Below are positions 42,010 to 53,489 of a stretch of DNA of 64,000 bases, in pieces. Where the stretch lies: contig CAWJTV010000038.1 of assembly GCA_963845755.1 (NCBI GenBank), positions 64,001 through 128,000 of the forward strand. Reading direction: 5' to 3'. A program made the position numbers and the translations under genes. Each line of letters opens with the position of its first letter. Within the stretch, counting starts at the first letter, position 1. Source of the DNA: an uncultured Planctomycetota bacterium (lineage in GTDB: Bacteria > Planctomycetota > Planctomycetia > Isosphaerales > Isosphaeraceae). The notes beneath the pieces were generated by a model. It was not told where the DNA came from. It made no database searches and was given only the letters and a program-made list of their open reading frames with translations.

Positions 42010-43528
42010 CTAATCACCGGCCACCTGGGAGCGCAGCTCGCGCCTTAGCACCTTGCCCATCGTGTTGCGAGGAAGACTCGGGACGAAGACGATGTCGGCC
42101 GGGCGCTGATAGTCGACCAGCCGTTCGGAGAGATAGGTCCGGAGCGTGCGTTCGGAGAGGCTCTCTTCGGACCGGACGACGGCCGCGACGACGCGCTCCC
42201 CGCGCTTCTCGTCGGGGACGCCGACCACGGCGGATTCCCGGACGCCGGGACACCCGTTGATCACGCGCTCGACGACCTGGGGATAGACGTTGAACCCATT
42301 GGTGATGATGAGGTCATGCTTGCGGCCGGCGAGCGTGAGGAACCCGCCCTCGTCGCGCGAGCCCAGGTCGCCCGTATCGAACCAGCCGGAGGCAAACGCG
42401 TCGCGCGTGGCCTCCGGCCTGCGAAAGTACTCGCGGAAGAGGTTCGGCCCGCGGAGCTGGACCGAGCCGACGGCGCCCGGTCCGGCGGGGGTGCCGTCGT
42501 CCTGGACCACGCGGACCTCGATGCCCTGAACGGGCAGGCCGACGGAACCCTGGGGCCAGGGCCCGTCGAGCGGCAGGCTGGTGATGACGTGCGCCTCGGT
42601 CATCCCGTACCGATTGATGACCGGCCGGCCCAGGATCGATTCCAGCTCGGGCAGCACCTCGGGCCGGATCGGCGCCGAGCCGCAGGTGAACAGCCGGACG
42701 TTCGTCCACTCGCGCACGACTTCCCGGAACTCGGGACGGTCAAGGAACATATAATAAAACGTAGGGATCGCCATGAAGACCGTACCGCGCCCGACGACCT
42801 CCAGCGTCCGTCGGGGATGGAACGATTCCTCGATGACCATGCAGCCGCCCGTCAAGAGACTCACGTGCGTGGCGAACGAGAGTCCGTGGATGTGGAACAG
42901 GGGCAGGACGTTGACCAGGACGTCGTCGGGAGTGAATCGCCAGCACGCCTGGATCGCGCGGCACGCTGGAGGCCAGGTTGGCGTGGCTGTGCAACACGCC
43001 CTTGGGCCGGCCGGTCGTGCCGGAGCTATAGAGCATCAGGCATCCGGCATTCCGGTCGATCGCGGCCTCTTCGATCTCGCCTTCGGGGGCCTCCCACGCC
43101 TCGGCGTCGAGCATCAGGGAGCGGAGCCCGGGCAAATCGGGCCGCATGGTGTCGACGACCAGGTACACGTCCGGGCCGGCCACGACGACCCGCGCGCCGC
43201 TGTCCTGGAGGAAATATCGCAGCTCGTCGGCCGTGAACCGCGGGTTCAAGGGGAGCGAGACGCCCGAGGCATAGAGTGTCCCCAGGTGAGCCGCGAGGAA
43301 CGGTAGCTTCTCGGAGGTCACGATCGCGACCCGGTCGCCGGGATTGACCCCCAGTTGGCGGAGCCGCGCGGCGCATCGGCGCGCCTTCGTCTCGATCTCC
43401 CCGTAAGTCCACGACCGATCCTGCTGAATGATCGCCGGCCGGTTCGCGCCATTCGCGAACGTCGCCCGCAGCTCGTCAAGGAAGTGCCCCGGCCGCTCGC
43501 CGTGTTCTCCCGGTGACGATCCACTCAT
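42010..43528 (-). CDS. AMP-dependent acyl-CoA synthetase (MatB/FadD-like), frameshift near 42958
   Basis: YSSGTTGRPKG, LPLFHIHG, RYGMTE, FDTGDLG, LPRNTMGKV. Confidence 0.88.
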
Positions 43529-44334
43529 GCTGTCCTCCTTCGCATGGCGTCAAGTGCTGGGCCGCGAACCGTGAAGACGTTTGGAAAGTTTGAGCGTTCT
43601 CGCCGATCGCCTCCCCCCGATGATGAGCGGAGCGGCGTCACCGGCCGTGGAACGCCCCGACCGCTCGGAACGTCCCCCGATCCCTCACCGGGGATGGGAT
43701 CGGGTCGCACGAGGTCATCACCCCGCGATGATCGGAACACGGGCTGACACTTGTTGGCATCTTTTTGGCGGGTCGCCATCCCCGATCCCTCTGGCCGGAA
43801 TCGGGTTGCGGCGAACTCGCGATTGGGTTGGCGCCGTCCGACGGCTCGTCTTCGAAGTGATCGCGCGTGGCTCATACTATCAGGATGCCGCAACTTTTCG
43901 AAAGCGTTAATGCACCTATCGTGGTTTTTGGGCCGCGAGCCCACCGAACTCTTGATGCTGCTGACAGATACGAAAATCCAAAAAAATTTTGAGGCGGGTG
44001 ATTGTCCGCCCTGCCGACAATCTCGGATTGATCGTTCGGAAGACGCCGCGAACTGTCCCCTCCGAAGCCGATCGATGTTCGGCTGGACTCGCTGCCGAGA
44101 GGAGCCGATTCGAGAGCGGATGGAAGTTGTTCTCCGGACAGTTGTCGGTCACAAAGGGATGTGCGATCTTGTAAGGACATCAGGTGGGACCTCAGCGCTG
44201 CGCGCGGAACTACCGACCGCATGATCGCAGCCGTGCGAGTCGCGAGTGGCGGTGGGAGGGTATCACCTGATAGAATATAGAGGAAGGTTCGCAGATTCTT
44301 TGCCCGCTACACGCATCTGGTAGCCTGGTGAACG

Positions 44335-44410
44335 CGAGATTCCGGATCCGAGATCGGAGATCCGGGATGAAGGACCTGCCGGGAATCCGCGAATGGGAAT
44401 CCCTTTTCGA
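44335..44410. repeat. Degenerate GATTC/GAATC heptamer hairpin element
   Basis: gagattccggatccgagatcggagatccgg...gggaatccgcgaatgggaatcc. Confidence 0.5.
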
Positions 44411-44483
44411 TTGTCGGCCATCTGGACGGCCTGAGTCCTTGGCGATTTCTCTTTCATCTGGATAAGTCGAGGGTCTCTCCGCC

Positions 44484-46046
44484 ATGCCCGATCTCGACGC
44501 CGAATCCTTGGTCAACCAGGTTACGATGCTCGGACTGGTCTCCCGCGAGCAGCTCCGCGAGGCGATGGCCGATGCCGAAGACGGCTCGCCGGACGCGGTG
44601 CTGCGGATGCTGCTCCGCAAGGGGTGGCTCACGAGCTGGCAGGTCGAGCGGCTCAAGAAAGGGGACCCTTCCGGCTTCTTCTACGGCGATGCTAAGGTGC
44701 TGTTCCACCTGGCCGAGGGCACGTTCGCGCGGGTCTATCGGGGCGTGCATACCGGCTCGGGGCAGCCGCTGGCGATCAAGGTGCTCCGGCAGCGATTCGC
44801 CATGATGCCCGATGCGGTCAACCGGTTCCACAAGGAGGCCGAGGCCGGCATCCGGCTCCGGCACGACAACATCGTCCGCATCATCGACGTGGGGCAGCAG
44901 GACAATCGGCACTTCATGATCATGGAGTATGTCGAGGGGATGAACCTGCGCGAGTTCTTGAAGCTCCGCGTCCGGATGAAGTCCCACCATGCGCTGCCGC
45001 TGATGATCGGGCTGGCCCATGGCCTGAAGTATTCGTTCGACCAGGGCGTCACGCACCGCGACATCAAGGGGACCAATATCCTCATCTCCAACACGGGTGT
45101 CGCCAAGTTGGTCGATTTCGGCCTAGCCACCATGGAGGGGGACCAGAACAAGCAGGGCGTCAAGAGCCAGCGCACCGTCGATTACTCGGCGCTGGAACGC
45201 ACGTGCAAGAGCCCCAAGGGTGACCCCCGATCCGACATCTATTTCCTCGGCTGCGTCTTCTACCAGATGGTGACGGGCCAACTGCCGATGGAGGAGTCGG
45301 AGAGCAAGGACATGCTCAAGAAGATGCTGGTGCGATCGTTCGGGGCGATCAAGCCGATCGCCGATCATCCCTATGCGCCCGACGAGGAGCTCGCCGCGAT
45401 CATCGAGAAGATGATGAAGATCGATCTCAAGGCCCGGTACCAGACGATGGACGCGGTCGTCCAGGACCTCGAGCGGTACAAGACATCGATGGAGGCGGCT
45501 GCGGGCCCGACGGCGGGTGCGTCTCCGGCCGGGCACCAGGAAGAGGACGATGGGTTCGACTCGATCTTCATCATCCCCCCCGAGCCATCGGTGGCCGAGG
45601 ACAAGCCCGCCGCGGAAGCGCCGTCCTTGCCGTTCGAGGTCAAGGCCGTGGTGCACAAGACCGTGCTGTGCGTCGAGGCCCAGGACGAGATCCGTGACGT
45701 CCTGCGCAAGACGCTCATCCGGATGGGTTATCGCCCCCTCCTGGTGGCCGACGCCGAGCTGGCCGCCGAGCGGTACTGCGAATCGCCGACCGACGCCGTG
45801 ATCTTCGATACCGACGGACAAGGCGACGACGCCCTCGACGCCCTGATCGAGATGCACGACAAGTCCCACGAAGATGAGCAGCAACTCGTCGCGCTGGTGC
45901 TGCTGGGTCCACGCCAGGGGGAGCTCAAGGAGAAGATCCCGCAGGACGACAAGATTATCGTGCTCACCAAACCGATCAAGATGAAGGAAGTCCAGGATTC
46001 AATCCATCGGCTCCTGCCCGCCGATCCGGGAAGTGTTGAAGGATGA
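44484..46046 (+). CDS. Hanks-type Ser/Thr kinase with C-terminal receiver-like domain
   Basis: AIKVL, HRDIKGTN, DFGLA, SDIYFLG; C-terminal VLCVE...AVIFD...LTKPI. Confidence 0.88.
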   Translation: MPDLDAESLVNQVTMLGLVSREQLREAMADAEDGSPDAVLRMLLRKGWLTSWQVERLKKGDPSGFFYGDAKVLFHLAEGTFARVYRGVHTGSGQPLAIKVLRQRFAMMPDAVNRFHKEAEAGIRLRHDNIVRIIDVGQQDNRHFMIMEYVEGMNLREFLKLRVRMKSHHALPLMIGLAHGLKYSFDQGVTHRDIKGTNILISNTGVAKLVDFGLATMEGDQNKQGVKSQRTVDYSALERTCKSPKGDPRSDIYFLGCVFYQMVTGQLPMEESESKDMLKKMLVRSFGAIKPIADHPYAPDEELAAIIEKMMKIDLKARYQTMDAVVQDLERYKTSMEAAAGPTAGASPAGHQEEDDGFDSIFIIPPEPSVAEDKPAAEAPSLPFEVKAVVHKTVLCVEAQDEIRDVLRKTLIRMGYRPLLVADAELAAERYCESPTDAVIFDTDGQGDDALDALIEMHDKSHEDEQQLVALVLLGPRQGELKEKIPQDDKIIVLTKPIKMKEVQDSIHRLLPADPGSVEG

Positions 46047-46090
46047 AGGATGAAGGGTGAAATCGATCGGTTGTGGTGAGGACGATCGCC

Positions 46091-47114
46091 ATGATGCCCA
46101 ATGGTCTGGCCCCCTGGCTGTTGGTGGCTCTCGGCCTGGCCGCGGCCGTCCTCGGCGCCGGACCTGACCCGAACCAGCCGACCCCGGAAGCCCGGGCCGT
46201 CGGGTTCTTGTCGCGTGAGGTGCCGCGTTGGTCACGCGAGAACCATTGCTATTCCTGCCACAACAATGGCGATGCCGCGCAGGCGCTTTATGAGGCGGCC
46301 CGCGCCGGATATCGCGTGCCCGACAAGGCTCTGGCCGACACAACCGGTTGGCTGAGCCAGCCCGCGGGCTGGGACCACAACGGCGGTGATGGCCCATTCA
46401 GCGACAAGCGGCTGGCCCGCGCGGTCTTCACGGCCACGCTGGCGGTGGCCGTGAAGACCGGGCGGGTTTCGGATCGTGCGGCGCTGGTGCGGGCGGCCGA
46501 GCGGCTGGTCCGCGACCAGGCCCCGGACGGCTCCTGGACCTTCGAGGGCGAGGAGACGCCGGGCTCGCCGGCCGCCCTTGCGCGCGCCACTGGCGACCTT
46601 CCTGGCCCGCGATAGCCTGGCCACGGCCCAACCCGACCGGTTCCGCGCCGCCATCGACCGCGCCGACGGCTGGCTGTTGCACTACAAGCTGGCGACCATC
46701 ACGGATGCCTCGGTCCGCCTGATGGTGGTCGCGGCACAGAGGTCCCCGGCGGCGTCCGAGCGCCGGCGCCCGGCCCTCGACTTACTCCGTCGCGGCCAGG
46801 ACGACGAGGGCGGCTGGGGGCCTTATGTCACCTCACCGCCCGAGCCGTTCGACACCGCGCTGGCCTTGCTCGCCCTGGCGAAATCCGGCGACTCGGACCA
46901 GGTCCGCCGCATGATCACCCGCGGCCGGGCCTACTTGATCGCCCATCAGCACGACGACGGAAGCTGGACCGAGACCACCCGGCCGCCCGGAGCCGAGAGC
47001 TACGCCCAGCGGATCTCCACCACCGGCTGGGCCACGCTGGCGCTGCTGGCCACTCGCGACGTTCCCTCCGCGACCGCGGGTCGCAATGGTGGATCGGACC
47101 GGAACGAAAACTGA
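46091..47114 (+). CDS. Exported prenyltransferase/squalene-oxidase-repeat protein, frameshift near 46580
   Basis: Signal peptide, CYSCH, QW-like repeats QAPDGSW, QDDEGGW and QHDDGSW. Confidence 0.78.
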
Positions 47115-47177
47115 CACGGCGCCGGAGTCCAGCGGCTTGGGCTATGCCCACCGCGGTCGTCGAAAGGACTTTCTCCC

Positions 47178-49876
47178 ATGCGCACGCAATTCGTCACGCT
47201 TGTGGCGCTCCTGGCCCTCGCAGTCGCGGCGGCCGAACCGCCTCGACAGGCGCCTCCACCGGCTGGGGCGTCCGACCTCAAACCGGTCACGGTGTCCGTG
47301 ATCGACCGCGGCAGCGGCGCGGCCGTCACGGTTTTCACCTACCAGGCCTGGTACGACGCGCCCGGCCGCAAGAGCCCCCCGAACGGCGACGTGTGGACGC
47401 CCGTGGCATCGCCCACTGGGACGTTCGAGATCCAGGCACCACCCGCGTGCCGGCTGAGGGTCATGGCGATGGCGCCCGACTACATCGGCGGCTGGCCCAT
47501 GGTCCAGGAGTTCGTGGTCAAGTCGTCCGACAACCCCAGGCGGGTCGTCGTCCGTCTGCGCCGGGGGATTACCGTCCGAGGGACCGTCCGCGACTCGCGG
47601 ACCAAGAACCCGATCGCCGGAGTGACCGTTGCCCCGCTCACCACCTTCCTCCCGGGCGGGGGACCCGACGAGGACAAGCAGGTCGAGACGGGCGCCGACG
47701 GGCGCTACGTGGTTCGCGGAGTCGATCCCGTGATGGGAGTATCGGCGTCCCACCCCGGTTACATTTACGACTCGGAGTTTCCGGATCGTAAGGCGGCCGG
47801 TGCAAACCGCGACATATTTCTGAAGCGTGAAGAACCGAGCGCGGTCAAGGTCAAGGTCGTCGACCCTGACGGCAAGCCGCTGGAAGGGGTGACCGTCGCC
47901 GATCTGAACGGCAGACTCGACACGTCAGGAAAGGACGGGAGGTTAGTGATCCAGCGCACCAGCCGATTCCTCGACCTGGCCTTCCGCAAGGAGGGGTTCA
48001 CCGAACGGCGGCTTCGATTTCGAAGAGATAGGCCAGGAGTTGTCGAAGCCCGAGAGGTTCGTCGTGGTGATGGCACCCACGATCCCGTTGACGGGTCGGG
48101 TCGTCGCGCCCGACGGCCGGAGCGTCTCGGCGTTCACCATCGCCGCAGGGCTGGGCAAGCTGCCCTCGAACTCGGACAGCTTCCGGCGCGAGGTCCAGGA
48201 CCGCGACGGTCGCTTCCGCCTGGACCTCTCGAAGGAGGGCACGACCTGGGTCGGCGTCGCCGCCGAGGGGTGCGCGGCGTGGGAAGGGTGGGTGGACGTC
48301 AAACGCGGGGGCGAGCCACTTGTGATCCGCCTATCGCCGGGCGTCGCCGTGTCGGCCAGGGTCGTGGCGCCCGAGGCGATGCGGAAACACGTCAAGGCGC
48401 GGCTCGTCCCTCGTCGCGACAAGTCGGAGATCGGCGGACTGTCTTCCACCCCCTACGCCGAGGAATTCCCCACTCGCACGGCGACCCTCTCGGCCGACGG
48501 CTCGTTGCGGTTCGAAAGCGTCCGACCCGACCGCTACCGGCTCATCATCGAAGGTCGTGGCATTCCGGAGACCGTCCTGGCGCTCGATGTGCCCGGAGGC
48601 GGGCTTGATGTGGGGATCGTCCGCATCGACGTCCCCACCACGATGGGCCGTGTCGAGGGCCGCGTCTGGTATCCGAAGTCCAGAGGAGGCGGAGTCTGGG
48701 CGTTCGCCGATGGTTACGTAGGGGGATTTCGCTTTAAGGGCCTCGGCGAGGACGACAGTCGCAGCATCGCGTTCCAGGCCGACGAGAACGGCCACTTCGC
48801 GGTCGACCGCGTGCCGGGAGGTATGACCACGGTCGGGTTCCCCTTTCAATTCTTTGATGTGATCGATTCCTACAGATGGTCGGCGCTGGTCGTCGAGGGG
48901 CAGACGACCGAGGTTGGTGCATTCGACCCCGAGGGGCATCGGGAGTTCACGCTGGCCTTCGCGATCGGAGACGGCTCGAAGGCGCAGTACCAGTCGGGCA
49001 CGGGCCTGGGCGCGTCGCGGAAGGTGGACAATGTCACGGTGAGCACGGACATGGCCTCGCTCTTGGAGAAGAAGGTCGCCGTGACGCCGCGCGAGCCGAT
49101 GTTCCGGGTCGAGCTGGTGCCCGTTTCGAAAGATCCGCTCTCGTTCGCCGAGCCCGACTGGGAGGACCTCGATGCGCAGCGGAAGATCGTGCTGCCCGAC
49201 GTCGGTCCCGGCACGTACCGACTCCGGGTCTACGACTGGCTCGGCGTGCGCGACCTCGACGGCGGGCCGTTGTTCGACCGGGACGTGGTCGTGCCGCCCG
49301 GAGGTCGGGGCGAGGCTGCGCATTGCGCTGGGTGCCGGGTGTATCACGGGCAAGATCCCCCCGCCGAAGGCGAATGCCCTGCGGTTCACGTTGGACCGGC
49401 CCGTGGAGGTGACCGCCATGGCGAAGGGGAGTCGTACGCCATCGCGACGGACGCGCTGCGACGACGACGGCAACTTCTGCGTCCGATACCTGTCGCCCGG
49501 CACTTACTCGCTGTTCATCAACGACCCGGAGTGGGGCTTCTGCCGGGTGGACGCCGTGGAGATGTCAGCCGGTGTGGTGGATATCGGCGAGCGCACGCTC
49601 TCGGCCGGGGCGAGGGTCAGCGGCAAGATCGAGTTCCCGAGGCCGTCGCGCGTGCCCGACGCGGTGGTGGCCGTCGGCCCGTCGGGCGTCTCGGTACGTC
49701 GGGCGTTCGCGGTCTATTCGAGTTTCGACCAGGTTGAGCTTGCCGGCCTCTGGCCGGGGCGCTGGACCGTCTCGGCCCGGAACGGCGACGAGGTCCTCGC
49801 GACTGCGGCGCTCGATATCGAAGGGACCGGAACATCTCACCTGACCCTGACCGTAGGCGGCGGCCAGGGACCGTGA
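47178..49876 (+). CDS. Exported carboxypeptidase-regulatory-like (Cna-B/transthyretin-like) repeat protein, frameshifts near 48015 and 49318
   Basis: Signal peptide; repeated VRGTVRD, VVDPDGKPLEG, GRVVAPDG, VGPGTYRL and LSPGTYSL modules. Confidence 0.75.
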
Positions 49877-50020
49877 TCCAGGCTGGACGTCCAGACGACC
49901 TCATGGTCTGGCCCTCCCCCCGAACCACGCCTGGGATGAGCCCGCGGACGTGCTGTGCAGACCGAGGCACGGGCCGAAGGAGGAATCAAGGACAGTGACC
50001 GCCACGGAAATCGCCGAGAC

Positions 50021-51220
50021 TCAACGCGTCACGCCAATCCGGTAGGACCGGCCTTCCCGGCCCAGGATCTCGATCTTGACCCGCCGATCCGAGTCCACGA
50101 TGACGGGCCCCTTGAAATAGAGGGCGTTATAGAGCGTGACGAACTTATTCTCCAGTTCCCGGTTGTTGTCGTCGGGCTTGGAGGGGATGACCTGGATCGG
50201 TCCCTTTCCGTTCCCGACCGCGAGCGAAACCTTGTAGCAGAGCACGCCGGTCTCCGACCTCGGCTGACCGTCCAGGGTCCGGGCCTCGACGACGTAGGCT
50301 TCCACGGCGTTGATCGGCACGACGAGCGCCTTGATGCCTCCTGGCTCGTCGATGGGAGTGACCAGGCCGGCCGTCGAGGTATTCTTCGCGATCAGGACAT
50401 TCGGTTCCGAGAGCCAGCCAAGCTTGTATTTGTGCCAGGCCAGGTACTCGGAACCGGCCTTCTGGCAACCCATCAGGTCCCAGCAGCCGACATGTCTCTG
50501 GATGTCCTTGTACGGGACATGATCCACCTTGAAGTCGTAGAGATCCGGCAGGCCGAATATGTGGCCGGTCTCGTGGGCCAGCGTTTGCCAGCCCCAGTTC
50601 GCGGTCCGGGTGTCGTTGCCGAACGTGACGGCGTGCCGGATCTCCGCGACGCCGGCCCGGATCCCCTGCCCGGGCCGAGCGAGAAACGTCGGTGAATTCG
50701 GTGTCCCCTTGTTCTTCGAGCCGACAATATAGACGATATCATATTTCGTGAAGTCAACATCCCTCCCCGTCTTGCGCACGACCTCGGCGATGTACGACTT
50801 CTGCGTGGCAAACTTGCTGGCGTCGTAGCGACCCGAGGTCGAGGTATCGTCCATCATGATCCACCGGTGGCGCACGTCCACCGACAGGGTCATCTGCCCG
50901 TAGGACACCCTGTGGAAGTAGGCCGCGCCCTCCGGCACGAGCCGGTTGAAGAGGTCCTGGGTCGATTCGTCGGTCTCGGCATCCGGGAACCGTGCGAAGA
51001 GCATGATCGCCCTGATCGTGCCGGTCGGCCGGAGCAGAATCCGGTCGTTCGTCCGGCCCTCCCAGAAATCCGGCGCCGTCCCCGGGGCGGCCATCAAGCC
51101 GAGAAAGCTGCCGTCCTGGGTTTGCGCGGCGGCTTCCATCGCGAGGAGGCTCGCGGCCACACCCATCACGATCAGCCCACCGCGGCGCCGGTGTCGTCTG
51201 TCGCACGAGGAATACGTCAT
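50021..51220 (-). CDS. M6 (immune inhibitor A-like) metalloprotease domain protein
   Basis: ARFPD, YFHRVSYG, AHETGHIFGLPDLY, WDLMG, AWHKYKLGW. Confidence 0.87.
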   Translation of the reverse strand: MTYSSCDRRHRRRGGLIVMGVAASLLAMEAAAQTQDGSFLGLMAAPGTAPDFWEGRTNDRILLRPTGTIRAIMLFARFPDAETDESTQDLFNRLVPEGAAYFHRVSYGQMTLSVDVRHRWIMMDDTSTSGRYDASKFATQKSYIAEVVRKTGRDVDFTKYDIVYIVGSKNKGTPNSPTFLARPGQGIRAGVAEIRHAVTFGNDTRTANWGWQTLAHETGHIFGLPDLYDFKVDHVPYKDIQRHVGCWDLMGCQKAGSEYLAWHKYKLGWLSEPNVLIAKNTSTAGLVTPIDEPGGIKALVVPINAVEAYVVEARTLDGQPRSETGVLCYKVSLAVGNGKGPIQVIPSKPDDNNRELENKFVTLYNALYFKGPVIVDSDRRVKIEILGREGRSYRIGVTR

Positions 51221-51333
51221 GGTGTCAACTCCTCCCAGAGCCGTTCTCGAACGGGGATAAATGGCGTCAGTTCCAAATGGAACACGTATTTTTCTAAAAT
51301 ATAATAAGAAAAATAATTATATAATAGATAGCA

Positions 51334-51427
51334 GAAAAGGGGGGCGGAACGAATCATTCAGTTTTTCGGCCCGCGGCCCTTTCGGCCCTCCAGTTCGAGG
51401 AGTGATGATTCGTTCCGTCTCCTTCTC
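51334..51427. repeat. Long imperfect inverted repeat (REP/terminator-like)
   Basis: aaggggggcggaacgaatcatt pairs with gatgattcgttccgtctcctt. Confidence 0.6.
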
Positions 51428-51514
51428 GTCCCCCCCTCCGCTGACCCCAAGCTCCGCGACCTCTTCGACCTCCCACCAATTCTGGCCCGCGATCGACACC
51501 CTGTCCCAAAACCA

Positions 51515-52247
51515 TCATGGCAGGCTCTTCGACCTGTTTCGCCGGCGACACGCCACCACCAGGCCCAAGGCCCACCGACGCCGTCAGGCCCGTCAGGGAC
51601 ACGACGAAGCCATTGGGCTCGGGAACGACGAGAATCACGGTGCCAGCGGCCTTCAGCGTAGCCCCTGCCTTACTCAATGTGATCTTGGCAGAGTCGGTCA
51701 AGGAAAACGGCGGGGGCGCCAGCGAGATCGTGGCCTCCACAGATTCCATCTGCTGGTTGCCGTTCGACCTTCCCGAACACCGGTCCCACACCCGACATCG
51801 TGGTGCCGTTGTAGGTTCCGACGGCGAATTCGCTGTCCGTCTGGTTGGCGCCGCTGAACGTGCCAGTCGCGTCTGAAAGCTGCAGAGCCGAGTTTCCCGT
51901 GGGCTCCTTGAATCCACTTTCAGTAGCCGTGATCGTCAGCGGACCACCGCCCCCCTTTGCGCCCAACGCGACGTTGCCAACCACGTTTAGGAGCACACCG
52001 TTGGGCATCACAATATCAAACCCACCCCAGATTTGAACGTATATGCGGACCCTGCTGCTGCCAGATCCCCATTCAGCGTGGTCAGTTGGGCGGAACTCAA
52101 CGCGAGCGGGCTGGTGCCGGTGAATTGGAACAGCCTGCCACTCGTCGCAACCGTAGACGTGATGGTTCCGGCCCGGACCCCGCCGCCCAGCAATGCCATC
52201 ATGGCACAGGAAGCAACGGCCATCAAGACAAATCGATGGATTCGCAT
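51515..52247 (-). pseudogene. PEP-CTERM sorting-domain protein broken by three frameshifts (~52015, ~51775, ~51570)
   Basis: Signal peptide ending VRA, Gly/Thr/Ser-rich body, VPEPNG, hydrophobic helix, then (frame-corrected) LGLVVACRRRNRSKSLP*. Confidence 0.7.
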
Positions 52248-52568
52248 GTCGCCTGACTCCTGTTTTCCACTGAAGAACCGATCGAGCGGCGCCTCACGTA
52301 AGGGCTGCTTTCAGACGAGCCACCCAACACAGGTTGAAGACCTTTCTGGGGCGTAGCTCCGGAAAACTGCGGTTGGTTGAGATCGACATCGTGTCGCACC
52401 ATCGAGAGTGCGGGAGAACCGAGGATTCTCGACGGCCTGCGCGCAGGTGGACTCGAGGCTGCCCGATGGGCAAGGCCCGGCGATGCATCGCTGCATTCTC
52501 TGGTGTTATCACGAATCCGCAGAGGCTCGCGCCATTGCATCAGTACCTAAATTTTTTCTAATATTAAT

Positions 52569-52644
52569 ATCGATGCTGGACATCCACTGGGCACGTTGCT
52601 ACCTTGATCGATGCTGGACATCCACTGGGCACGATGCTACCTTG
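52569..52644. repeat. 38-bp tandem duplication
   Basis: atcgatgctggacatccactgggcacg[t/a]tgctaccttg twice, one mismatch. Confidence 0.9.
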
Positions 52645-53489
52645 AAGGATCTCTCGTTTCTCAGGATCTTGGGCTGACGCATTAACCCGCTCGATTTGCG
52701 GGCGGCGACATCATCCACCATTCGAACAACGCTTGCATTCATTGTCACAACCAATTTATATTCATGAAATCGTCAACGAATCGGAATTATCGAGTCACAA
52801 AGTCGAGTCCACCGAGTACCGCTTAATGTATTCCGGCTAAGGCCATTCCAGGAATCTTCCCACACCTCAGTTCCAGCGGTCACTAAGCGAAGCTCTCTTC
52901 CATGCATGGCTGTGTCGAGTACGCCACTTGGTGAGGGCCCGCCGATCGCGGTCTCGCCGTGATGACATGCAGTTGTTCTACATGCCAGAGTGGCCTATGT
53001 ATGTAATAGAGGTAAAAGTGACCAAACGTCCTTCGAGGACCCGACCAGCAGCAGCCTCCCGCAGCGTAGATATCCGAATCTCAAGATGCAATTTTCATTA
53101 ACCCTATGAAGTTTTAGTCGCATGTGGCATGACACAGGCCAACTGCAGGCGACGATCGCGCTGCGCCTGCCGGACGACAACAGGATGGGAATCAGCCAGC
53201 GAGGGTTACGATGAGTCCGGAGTCCGCCGATCGCGATCTCCGGGTCGCCTGACTACGACCGGGCTGTCCATCGAGCCGTCCAGGGACCGGGCCCGTCCTG
53301 CCGGTCCATGCCCCCCCGAGTCGCCGTGCATGTAGGGATGTAAGCTTTGAAACACCCTTGCTGACTGGGTTCCTCTCGACCACTGGTTCGAGATGGCTGA
53401 AGTCTGCAAGTGCAGGCCCCGTCCCCTCTCCCGACCGAGCCGCCGATCCGGCTGGCTCCGACTTGAGATTCATCAGGAGATTTGCTTCG

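Noticed and set aside
43530..44480. ncRNA, riboswitch or gene in the ~950-bp gap
   Set aside because: Only short GC hairpins and ORFs without coding character; no motif I can recognise. An Rfam/Infernal scan would be needed to exclude it.
46091..47114. Squalene-hopene cyclase / terpene gene cluster
   Set aside because: Too short, exported, lacks DxDD, and has no neighbouring isoprenoid genes.
52569..52644. CRISPR array (38-bp repeats; also the 52-bp units at 63379-63482)
   Set aside because: Only two abutting units, no spacers, no cas genes.
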